A stretch of DNA of 64,000 bases from Chrysomallon squamiferum (Eukaryota; Animalia; Mollusca): assembly GCA_012295275.1 (NCBI GenBank), contig CM022670.1, positions 38,874,001 through 38,938,000 of the forward strand, given 5' to 3'. Below, in pieces: positions 28,433 to 39,577 of this stretch. The position numbers were made by a program, and so were the translations under genes. A model generated the notes under the pieces. The model ran no database searches. It was not told where the DNA came from and saw nothing but the letters and a program-made list of their open reading frames with translations. The stretch's first letter is position 1. Every line of letters begins with the position of its first letter.

Positions 28433-29580
28433 GTAAGTAATTTATCAGATTAATTTTTGACTGTATTGTGTTGACTTTCAAAATCCAGCTGTCTGGTTAC
28501 ATGAATGAAAACCTGCACGACAGTGATTTTTTTCTTCTTCTTTTTTTAAAACTCTGTATTGATTGATTTCATCTCCGGTTAATTCTCTACTCATATTCAG
28601 AGGTAATTGGGCATGAAATTGGATTAAGCAATACACGCAATTTTATATTGAAGTTTTGTGTGTAATAAGGATGAAGAAATTGCTGAAATATATCGTGATA
28701 AAAAAACATTTTACTCTTCTCTTAATCTTACAGCTGTATCACAGCTGGAGAAGGAAAGTATAAAACAGTTCAGCTTTATTATATATCAGATAATGGTAAC
28801 CTGCCTTTTATGAATAACAAATGATAAAAACTTGGACACTGGCTTGTTTTTATGACGGTGGATTAAGAATATATCTGTGAGTGGCTGTAAACGTTACTGC
28901 TATCTTTGTTGTGTTTATATCTTAGTTTGACTCCTACATTTTATTACTCTTGAACTTTATATAAAAAATCTTAATTTATGATAAGATTTATAAATTTGGA
29001 AGTAAAGTTTGTTATTGCTAGTTGTATATGCCTTGAGAGGATTTTTCTAACAACTTTCCACTTTGAACAAAAAGTGTTATTTTCTAATTTTCTAATATAC
29101 AACTTTATTTGATATTAACAAAATGTGTTATGAATTTAATTTTTGTCAAGTATGCATACATATGTATGTGTCTGTGTGTTTTATGTATTGTTTTCTTCAT
29201 TGTATTATCATTATCATTAGTATTATTATTAATTTTTTTGTCATTATTATTCATTTTTTCATGTAATATTTAAAGTTATTTGTAATATATATTAAAATAC
29301 AATGTATTTTATATTTAGAAATGAAATCCAAAAGCACCACAACATGATTATTTTTATCAATTTGTGGTTAATTTAGAAACACAAAAACACGTCACTACTT
29401 CTGGTAAATCATTTATTGGACATTTGTTTGAAAACAGCTCTGTGGATGTTTTTTTTTTTAAAGTTATCTGTGACTGTGTCTCAGACATCACATGTTCATT
29501 CACAAACCCTGAAATTCAGTACAATTTCAAATAATAATAATAATTTAAAAGTTATATATAATTGTTATTTTTACTTGCAG

Positions 29581-29774
29581 TTCTTCCAGTACCCCAACTG
29601 TTCCATATTCGTCAGCTGATCTTGGATACAGCGAGGTTAACAGACAGGGTGGTGACATTTCAGGCTCAGATCTCGTCTGCTTTGACAGAGAAAAGGAAAA
29701 AAACCGGCTCAAAGAATATGACAGACAACTTTCTGGCAGGAACAACTCAAGACGGTCTGTTTCTTTAGAAAAAG
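29581..29774 (+). CDS. Gene 1 constant exon C1 (SSSTPTVPYSSADLGYSEVNRQ...RRSVSLEK)
   Basis: Acceptor ttttacttgcag, donor AAG/gtaaat; 194 nt, phase 2 in and phase 1 out, open frame. Confidence 0.85.
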
Positions 29775-30484
29775 GTAAATTCTAAATTTATACTAAATTC
29801 TTGTTTATTTTGTTACTCTGTACTGTTTATTCATAACTGATTAACCAAAAAAAAAAAAATATATATATATATATAATAATATAGTCTTCTAAGAAGCTTT
29901 GAATTGATTAGTGTTTCTTTGAATTATTTAAGTTCTTTATTAGTTTATTTATATAGTCTTCTTAGAAGCTTTGAATTAATTAGTGTTTCTTCTTATTATT
30001 TTGTATCATAAAACTTTTATAAGTAAATGTATGGCAAATAATATATTTATATTTTTTTACTTCTGACAATTTATGTCAAGTGTCTGCTAACTAGGTATCT
30101 GGATTTGTGTATCAGAATTAATGTCAGACATCATGTTCCATGAAAAGTAAAAAAAAATGATGTAGCATTTTTACTAATTACATTTTTCTCACTCCTTTGA
30201 GGTTTATTCAAGAATCCCATATTAAATTTAATTTTGAAGAAAACTTTAACTGGAAAATGTAAACTAGGTTTGCTTGTGTTCTGGCGATTTTACAGAACTT
30301 AAAAAATAATTTTTCCTCTGTTTCCAATTTTATTTTTACAGAACAATTAATAATAAAATTACTCTAGGCAAAGTAAACTCAATTTTATTTCGGTATAATA
30401 TTATACTGTTTATCAGTTTTATTTTATTAATATTAATGTTAGTTAATGTTAAATTTTTTTTTTTTTTTTCTGTTATTCTTTCAG

Positions 30485-30634
30485 TGAATTATGAAAATGA
30501 CAGGGAAGAGTTACGACCAATAAAAAACACGTTTCCCACAGCCAAGTCAAATCAAGGAAGACCAAATGGATTGAGAGGAAATTTTATAAGGACTGATCAA
30601 TTGCTCAATCCCAAAAATAATGTTTCCTTTCAGA
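30485..30634 (+). CDS. Gene 1 constant exon C2 (VNYENDREELRP...NVSFQ)
   Basis: Acceptor ttctttcag, donor GA/gtaagt; 150 nt, phase 1-1. Confidence 0.85.
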
Positions 30635-30986
30635 GTAAGTATCAGTATATGTTTATTGGTTTTTTTTTTTTTTACAAAATTATTCTGAAACTAAATATTT
30701 CATTAGATAAGTTATAAAATATTAATATTTTTTTTATTTATTTATTTATTTTTTTAAATCTATTTTAGTCAAATAAACAGCAAAACTTTTAAAGTTAAAG
30801 AAAACAATGGAATTGTACAAGCATTTATTTCAAAAGATGATTTTTTAAATTTATTTTTAATTATATTTATTATTATTGTTTTTGTTATTATTATTATTAT
30901 TATTATTATTTAATTATTATTATTATTATTATTATAATTATAATTATTATTATTATTGCTTTTATGTAAAAATGTTCATGTTTTAG

Positions 30987-31202
30987 CTTTGGCAAGAGAA
31001 CCTGAAGATCTCATAGCAATGGGGACAATCTGGAGTCCTAATGTTCAGCAACGTGGTACTGCTATCCCTGCCAGCACAAAGTCGCAGACACTACCTTCAC
31101 AATACAACAGTTTAACAGCCCAGACAATTCGCAAAGGGCCTAATGGCACTACCAGTCGTACGTTACTTGGCAACCAGAATTTAAATACAGCAAGAAAAGA
31201 AG
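30987..31202 (+). CDS. Gene 1 constant exon C3 (TLAREPEDLIAMG...NTARKE)
   Basis: Acceptor gttttag, donor AG/gtatgt; 216 nt, phase 1-1. Confidence 0.85.
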
Positions 31203-31487
31203 GTATGTTTATATTTATATCATTAAAATTTTCATAATTTTTCAAACCTGATTTGTTTGCAGACTAAATGGCAAGAAACAGAATTGAAGTTGATAATCAG
31301 TTACAAACATTTTTTTTTTTTTTTTATTTTCATTATTATTATTATTATTTTTTTTTTGGCACTTATTTAATTTAATTTGTTTCAGTTTATTTACTTTTTA
31401 TTTTTTTTTTTTGTTTAAAGAAATTCTTAAACTTTCCAAACATTAAACCTGTTATTTTATAACATTATTTTTATTTTAAAATTGCAG

Positions 31488-31636
31488 CTGAACCAAAGTA
31501 CAATGACCCACTGTCAGGAGCACCTGCTTCCTTCCAGCAAAGACTTATGGAGTTGTCTTCTCTTGAATCAGAAACCATTAGGTGGGAACGAACTAAAAAA
31601 GTTAAGAAAAAGGCTAAGGCAGATCGTGACTCATGA
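31488..31636 (+). CDS. Gene 1 terminal exon C4 (AEPKYNDPLSGAPASFQQRLMELSSLESETIRWERTKKVKKKAKADRDS*), uncharacterised protein
   Basis: Acceptor attgcag; frame continues to TGA at 31634-31636; amphipathic helix and Lys-rich tail; AATAAA about 130 nt downstream. Confidence 0.85.
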
Positions 31637-33861
31637 TGCATATGTTTCATTAAAAATATTTCTCTTGAGTCACCTAAGTGAAACTGGCAGCAATGTTCAA
31701 CCAACAGCAGCTTCTCAAAAAGCAATGTCTTGCTGTAATGAATGAATATATTCTGAAAAATGAAATAATAATAAAAAAAAGATTTAAAAAGGGTTACTGC
31801 TAAATCTAATTGAAATAATATTTTTGTTTATGTGAAAAAGAAAGAAAAACAAAAAAATTAAATGAACAAATGAAGTCATTTTCATTTTGTTGAATCTGAA
31901 GGTATAAAACTATAGCTTTTATATTTTTTATAATTTATTATTTATTTATTACTTTTATATAAAAATATTTATTTCATTTATTTATTTATTTATATATTTA
32001 TTTATTTATTTATTTATTTATTCTATTCTATTCAATTCATTTCACATAAAACAGACATAAGTAGAAAACCTAGAAACAAAATATTTATGAACTTACAATG
32101 AAATGCATGTATTTAGATTTGAATTTGTGCAACTATAACATTCATACAATGACAAAAGAGTTGAAGATCTGTTAATAATGTTTTCTCACCCATTAAAGCA
32201 TGGAGTTGAAAAACAGTTTCTCAAAGGAAGTGATGAAGGAAGCAAGTCTTATGTTGAAAAAACTCCTACCAAAGAGAGGTACCAAAGCTACACAGCAAGG
32301 AAAGCGTTGTTAACACTTACTGTGTGTGCAGCCTTAAAATACTGCATTTGGAGATGAAGGGAGTGTATTTATTAAAGGGATAGAAACAATATGTCTGGGT
32401 GTGGAGATTTCACAAAGTAGCATGGATTGGAACTGAACAGAAGATGATTTTTTGAAGACAGTCAAAATGAGGACATGTCTCCCAAGGGCTGCCATTGTTT
32501 ATGTTGCTGCTATGAAAACTTCACCTCATTGAGGTTCAGCTGCTAGTATTATTATTATTATTATTTTTTTTTTTTATTTTTTTTTTTTCTCTCTCCGTTA
32601 TCTGTGATATTTTCATAATGTCATTTATTCGCTGCAGAAATCATTCTTGTCCAGCTGGTTGTTGATGTGTGGCATTCATTACTTTTTAACACCAAAATTA
32701 GCTGTGTGAATGCATGGTTTGGATGATAAAAAAAACGTGTTCTGAAAATAAAAGAGTGTTGTACTTTTATCATTCAGGACACAGAATACCTCAGTTGTTA
32801 CTTTGATGAAAGACAAATTTGTGATTGGTCGGTCATTTGTATGATTTGTCAGAAAAAGCCAACATTTATTATTATTATTATTGATTGTTTTTTCTTTCTT
32901 TCAATTTTTTTTTTTTTTTTTTTTTTTATTATTTTTTTTATTAATTTTTTTTTTTTTCATATTCCAACTATTTAACACGGCGCTATGTACACATTCAGCA
33001 ATTTAAGCCAGAATATTGTTATAAAGTATTAAAATTTGTGTTTTATCTATTGTATTTTGTTTTATTTAAAGACAATACACAGTGGTTATAAGTTTTTCAG
33101 AACTTTGTTTTATATTCACTAAAACCCATAGTGCTCTATTTCTACTAATACAAATATGTAAAAAAAAAAAAAAAAAAAAATAATAATAATAAATTAAATA
33201 AACAACAAATAATAATAGTAAATAAATAAATAAATGAACTTCAAAAAGTTAAATATCATTAAAAAAAGATAATAATAAGAAAAAGAAAATAACTTATGTT
33301 ATCAGTATTAATCTGATTGTTATTTTCAACACAACCAAATAACAAAATAAATTAATGATCATACACAGACAGAAAGGAAAGTTTAAACAAAAATTATTTT
33401 CGGTAAATGAAAAGTAAAAGCAGACGCCCATAAATGAAAATAAACTGAAACAAATAATAAGTTATTGGAGAGAATTAATTACCTGTTGGCTAGACAACAA
33501 CACTCACTAAAACAAAACGCACCTAATTAAATTCAAAGCAGCCATTTTATAAAATAGCCGGTTCTCAGTAGTTACCGTTTTCTACAGCTTATTAATTTGT
33601 TGGGTATGCTCGATCCAGTTAATGGGAAAAGAAAATAATCGATTGTAATAAATATTTCTATCCAATTTTCTGCATGAGCTATTGACTGACTGCAGAAACT
33701 TTTATTCGAAACAAATTGCTACGTACACATTCACCCACCTTATCACTAAGTAGTGCTGTTGCTAAAACAGCCCTTTGTCATGCCTTTAAGCTTTTCAAAG
33801 CGTAAATTATTAACAACTTGCAATTCTAGTAAACAGCGTGATATAACATGTTACCTGTTTT

Positions 33862-33907
<46 letters not shown>

Positions 33908-34070
33908 TCATAAATTTTTCATATCGCTTTGCCGTTGTTTGCACTGAACCGCACGTAATGAATCAAGTGCAAAACCATAGGTGCACCAAGAAAAATAAGG
34001 AGAAAAAAAAAACATTGTCTATTTTTTCTTCATTTTATTTGTGTATTATTATTTATTCTAAGCCAAACTA

Positions 34071-34101
<31 letters not shown>

Positions 34102-34526
34102 TTTTTCAATTTTTTTTAGAAACGATTATTTATTTTTGGCTTAGAAAAACTTCTACTAAGTATGGAAACTGACAGGCACATAAAGAAAAAGATAATGAGT
34201 GATTATTGCAGACCTGACTCGGATCCAAAACACCTCCCCCTCACCTGGGGGATTAGACTCCTAGCTTATCAGCGTCAGATATTAAAATGGTGGACGGAGA
34301 AGGGCGTACAAACAACTGTTATATGTACACTGAAATAATTAATTATCAGACACACGTACGACAAATTTACTGATAACGAAAAGATTCGTGTCAGACATTA
34401 CAATCCTAGATACAATTGTATTATTGTAACTGTTTATATGTACAGTTTTTAATTAACGTATAGAAAATTGTAAAAACTTTAATGTTAAAAATTACAAAGT
34501 TTTGTGTTTTATATCTTAACATTTAA

Positions 34527-34586
<60 letters not shown>

Positions 34587-34766
34587 AATAATAAACTGCT
34601 TATTTTTGTTTATAATTTCTGTCATTTATAACGACAATAATTTTGTATCGGTATCTGCTCTCTCATCAAAAGACCATCGTTAATTTTATTGACAGTGTGA
34701 CAGTGTCAGTCAGTGAGATGAAATGTAGCCAGATTTTTCTTCAAATAAATCAATCAATCAATAATG

Positions 34767-34810
<44 letters not shown>

Positions 34811-35159
34811 TGAAAATGTGACACTTATGCAATAAAGGAAAACGAGATTTAAATGTTTCTTTTAAATCGTGGTTTATTTTTTGTAATTACATTTTACTTA
34901 TAAGAATTGTAACTCTTAGAAACAAACATAAAGTTAAAGTTATTTTATTAATTTGTATATGAAACGAATTTTTTGAAAAATATGTTTACTATGTAATTTT
35001 TAAAAAAACCCGAACAAATCTACAAATCAATACCTACATAATTTACAGAGTTGTTATTATTATTTTTATTTATTTATTTATTATTTATTTTTATTTTTCT
35101 TCTATTTATTCATATTATTATTATCTTTTTAATTTAAAAAAAAAATAAAATAATAATAA

Positions 35160-35190
<31 letters not shown>

Positions 35191-35714
35191 TCTTTCTTTC
35201 TTTTTTTTTCTTTATTTTATTTTATTTTATTTTTTTTCCTTTTTTATTATTTATTATTATTATTTATTTAGGGAGTGGCATATACTGAGGATACATTTTA
35301 AAGATGAAATTAGTTACGTTATAAATACAAAATAATCAAAACAAAAACAACAAAAATCAGTACGCCATTTAAAACGGTTTGACATACAGATTTATTCTTC
35401 TTTTATTATTATTGAAAAAAAATAAAATAATAACAAGCACTGACTCCATTTATATTTTAACAATTACACATTCAATAACAGTTTCTGGAAGTAATGCATT
35501 CTATAATAAATAAATAAATAGGCATTTAAACAAACAAATAAATAAAAACTAAACAAACATAAACATAAACAAAACAAATAACAACAAACAAAAACTAAAA
35601 TAAACAATTTCTTATCTTCTTGTTTTTTTCTTTGATTTACTGAACTTTCTCTAAGGTCTAGATATCGTGTTTTCAGCTGTGTTAAATGTTTCAACCATTC
35701 AACATTAATCACTA

Positions 35715-38033
35715 TCAGTCAACCATCTGGAATATTTTAATACTTCCGTCGCACTGGGTGACGTACATAAAACCGTCATGGCCGAACACAACGCTGGCTG
35801 GAACAGTGTTTCCGTTATCTGCAGAAAGAATCACTTCCGGTCGTGAACCGTCTTGTCTCGTCCTCACAAGCCTTCTGTGGTCTTTGTCTCCATCCACGAT
35901 GTAGATGTGAGCGTTTTGGTCGAACGCGACACTCCAAGGCTTCGCGAGATCGATTTCGAATTTGCACGCGTACTCGTCAGCTTTCTGAAGAAAGGCTACT
36001 CTGCCTCCGAACGAGCAGCAGGCGAGCAGGAAATCCTCTTTGTGGTTGCAGCAAAGTCTCGTCTTGTAGACGTCCGGGTCGATTTCAGTTTGTATGGTCT
36101 GCAGGAGGTCGCCGTTAAAAGTGAGAACGTCAATGTGAACGTATCTCTCCACGATTCCGTTAGGCGTATAGCTGACGGCGATTTTGCCAGTCGCAAGACG
36201 AGCTATTCCCTGGTAATATTTCTGAGTGTACAGAGTCTTGTCAACCATCACTCGAGGCTTCACTTTAATAAACGTGATGTCTGTGCCGCCAGTGACAGCC
36301 ACGGTGTTGTTACCCACTTCAGCCAGGCAGCAAGGATCGAAAGATAATTCCATTACGGTCGGGTGGTAATATTCACCCTCTTTAGCGAATGCTATGAGAC
36401 ACGAATTCCACCCGTCTGCAACCACAACAGAATCGTCCGGTTGGACTACTGCTATGTCTAGCTGATGCGGTTGGAACGTGACTTCCACTGGGGGTCTTTC
36501 GAGAACGCCGACAAGTTTTGTGGAATCTGTACTGCTCAGACGCTGACCGATGTTCCTCATCTTTACAGTTGAAACGGACTGAAATGTTTCATCTTCTACC
36601 GGTAGCTGCAGCGTCTTGATCAGCACTGGTTTTGTGGAAAGTTCTGTTACGATTTCTGCTCTGTCCGTCTCAGCTTTAATTTCACGTAATATCTTAGGAG
36701 TGAAACGAAATGTGTTACGGTCCACTGCAGTCTTGTTGTAAAATTCCGGCGAACAGTTCGTCTGCAGTTCCCTTCTTGTACTTAAACTCAGCAGTTTGCC
36801 CATGAGCTCTAACGGGCTGTGACGAACACGAGGTTTGGACGAACTGTTTGGCGAACGTGATTCGGATTTATTCGATGTACTTTCTATATGCACTTGAGAT
36901 TCATGACTATTAACATGTTGACAGCTTGTTTTAATACCAGTGCATTCATTAATGCCCTGAGGCTCGACAGGCGAAAACGCCGAACTTCTCGCATGCGAGT
37001 CAGATTGTTTTATGAAGCTCACAGATAGAGAGTTGCCGTTCTTGATCGACTGGCGGTTTGGCTTCGTTCTCAGTTCTGACGATAAAATTGGCTGTTTAAA
37101 TTTGATTTTAGTTGGTATTGGTTTTTTAATTTCCGTCTCGGTCTGGCCGTATTTTGTGTACACTTCTTTATAACTGCAATCCATTCCGGGCCTCTCGGGA
37201 ATTAGATTATTTTTCTCAGGTTGTTTTACTCTCGGAAATGTCTTATCATCGGCGACATCTTGGAAACAGTTACGATCTTCAGTTTGCACTGTATCCTTCG
37301 TGTCTTCCCTCTGGGCATGCATGTTTATATTACCATTGGTTAAAATACTGCGAAAGACTGGTGAAGTGTTAATTTTTCTTACTTCATATTTTTGAAAGTC
37401 ATTGTGTAAATAATGTTCTTCATGACTGCGTGACCGGTTCGGTGTGGATATTGCCATGTTACTTGTCTGAGATTTATTCATGCTTTCGGAAAGTTGCAAC
37501 AGACTGTCTGTCGCATTTAACACGTTCATTGAACCGTCTACTATCGTGGCCACGTTAAATAACAACGATTGCATGGAGTTCTGTTCCTGGTTGCAAACGC
37601 GCTCTAAGCTGTCCAGTATTTTTCGAGTTTCAATCTTTATCGCGTGAATGGCGTCTGCTTCACATTTCAAAACCTCTTTTTTGATAACCGAAAACGCGTC
37701 TTTCTTGACAGACGCTTCGGAAAGCATCTGACTGCGGGCGTCTGAAATCTTCTTCAGTGCTGTGTGCAGTGCATCTTTATGTTTAGCGACAGCGAGTTTT
37801 CTTTGAACCAAGGCATCCTTCAGCGAACAGAGGTTTGCATTGCACTGAACGTGTCGTCCGACAACGCAATCACTACATGCCGGCTGATTGCAAGCTTTAC
37901 AGTACAGATCCACCACTTTGTTGGGATGAATATTACACTTACTGAAATAATCTTGTGTCGATTTTGATTGGTTTAAATTATTGTCTTCAGATACAGAATC
38001 TAGTTCAACGCTGTCCAGACGCAGCGATTCCAT
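35715..38033 (-). CDS. B-box zinc finger / coiled-coil / NHL-like beta-propeller protein (RING-less TRIM-like), 772 aa, single coding exon
   Basis: B-box2 motif CNIH...LYCKACNQPACSDCVVGRHVQC, then helical coiled-coil, long polar linker, and C-terminal NHL-like repeats (DIAV..DDSVVVADGWN, PWSVAFDQNAHIYIVD, PASVVFGHDGFMYV). Confidence 0.9.
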   Translation of the reverse strand: MESLRLDSVELDSVSEDNNLNQSKSTQDYFSKCNIHPNKVVDLYCKACNQPACSDCVVGRHVQCNANLCSLKDALVQRKLAVAKHKDALHTALKKISDARSQMLSEASVKKDAFSVIKKEVLKCEADAIHAIKIETRKILDSLERVCNQEQNSMQSLLFNVATIVDGSMNVLNATDSLLQLSESMNKSQTSNMAISTPNRSRSHEEHYLHNDFQKYEVRKINTSPVFRSILTNGNINMHAQREDTKDTVQTEDRNCFQDVADDKTFPRVKQPEKNNLIPERPGMDCSYKEVYTKYGQTETEIKKPIPTKIKFKQPILSSELRTKPNRQSIKNGNSLSVSFIKQSDSHARSSAFSPVEPQGINECTGIKTSCQHVNSHESQVHIESTSNKSESRSPNSSSKPRVRHSPLELMGKLLSLSTRRELQTNCSPEFYNKTAVDRNTFRFTPKILREIKAETDRAEIVTELSTKPVLIKTLQLPVEDETFQSVSTVKMRNIGQRLSSTDSTKLVGVLERPPVEVTFQPHQLDIAVVQPDDSVVVADGWNSCLIAFAKEGEYYHPTVMELSFDPCCLAEVGNNTVAVTGGTDITFIKVKPRVMVDKTLYTQKYYQGIARLATGKIAVSYTPNGIVERYVHIDVLTFNGDLLQTIQTEIDPDVYKTRLCCNHKEDFLLACCSFGGRVAFLQKADEYACKFEIDLAKPWSVAFDQNAHIYIVDGDKDHRRLVRTRQDGSRPEVILSADNGNTVPASVVFGHDGFMYVTQCDGSIKIFQMVD

Positions 38034-39512
38034 ACCTGTTCAGTTGTCACGGACTGTTCACTGTTTGTTTTTTTTCTTCATGTGTCGAGTGACACGAACC
38101 TCTTGTGTTCTGATAATGACAGCATTTATATTAAAAATAATTCGTTTTATCTGTTCTTTCAGAAAGTTTTCGTACCTGTAAGCATAAACAACATTCTACA
38201 TATAACTGTCGTTAAGGCCGAATATACCATCTACTGGAAATCTGGAGAAAAATATTTACTTAATGCCTCAACACGCAAAACATACGTTTTAATAAATATA
38301 AAGCAAATAGTTGATATTTAACCATGGATATTGGTTATTTATATACTTAAGTCTCTGTATGTGAATAGTTATATTTAGCTATTCATTCTAGGAATTATAG
38401 TTTACACAAAAATATACACACTAATTTTTGAACACATTAATTTTCATTATATAAATATTGATTTGAAAATAATAAATAATTCATCATGGGAAGCAAAAAC
38501 CTTCCAAACGGAATCAAATTAACGAAATATTTAAATATAATAGAGAGAATGTTAAATGAAATACTACCAATTTTTTCTCATAAAATAAGCCTAGACGAAA
38601 TTTTAACATAAATATTCGATAATTCTTTTTACTTTATGAGTCCACAAATTTGAATTTTTGTTATTTACGAAACATTATTCTATAAAGAAAAGGGATGTAG
38701 GTAACATTCAATATTTATTCTTTATCATGTTTATTTAATTTTAATAAAAGTCTCAATTACTGAAGTTAAAACACAAGAAGAAAGTTACCAACCTTCATTT
38801 CTCGTCTCGACGTAAAACTCTTGAAAGCCGTGGTTAAACTGTCCAACGTCTAAAATATGAAGAAAACATGCCATGAAAAACCTGACAAAAGACATTTGTC
38901 AATAAAGTTCATCTCAAACAGACCGAGATTTAATCGCTGGTGTAGTTCCCAGAAATAAAAATAATAATAATAAAGAAATCTTCACTCTCCTTATGACATG
39001 TAAACTATTCATTATACAGACGCGTACGTCAAGCTTTTGAAATAAGAAAAACCTACAGAGAAAACACCTTTGTATGCAGACGAATAGTACCATTAAAATA
39101 TATCTTTAACATTTCTAAAAGAAAACTAAATACAAGCCACATATATGTAGTGAATAACAGTTAAGGATCTTTATTAGCACGCAAATAAAAACGTTCTGTT
39201 TTAATAATGATAAAATAACTACTTGACACAACCTGTACTTTGAGTTAGGGGTAGAAATTAAGAGATTATGATTTTTATGATTCAAAATGCTTGATAAAAA
39301 TTCATGGATTATTTCATTTGAAAGAATTATTTTTGTATCCAGGATTTTGTTTGTTTTTTATCGCTAGTCGTTCTCTTACAGCCCTGCACACAGATGCAGT
39401 TACACAGACAGCTTGAGTATTCTCTGTCGGTCGAATGACAACTAGGACGAATCATACAAATGTCCGTCAGAGGATTCTCGGCTATTGCTCGGGAGAATTC
39501 GTTTTGTCTTTG

Positions 39513-39577
39513 CTAAGGGGCCATAACTGGAATGTTTTATTGGCAAACTTCTTTAGAAACACAGTTATGTCCCTTAG
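39513..39577. repeat. Short inverted repeat (possible Helentron/MITE sub-terminal IR remnant)
   Basis: ctaaggggccataactg (39513) and cagttatgtcccttag (39562) are near-perfect reverse complements. Confidence 0.45.

Noticed and set aside
29880-29991. ~41-bp direct duplication in an intron (similar one at 43650-43790)
   Set aside because: Ordinary short local duplications with no sign of function.
34262-34285. tagcttatcag (miR-21 5' end-like) next to a U2-like tcagatattaaa
   Set aside because: Only 11-12 nt matches, no evident precursor hairpin or remaining snRNA body.
35843-36347. Plus-strand ORFs of 91 and 164 aa
   Set aside because: Antisense shadows of the GC-rich 772-aa CDS.
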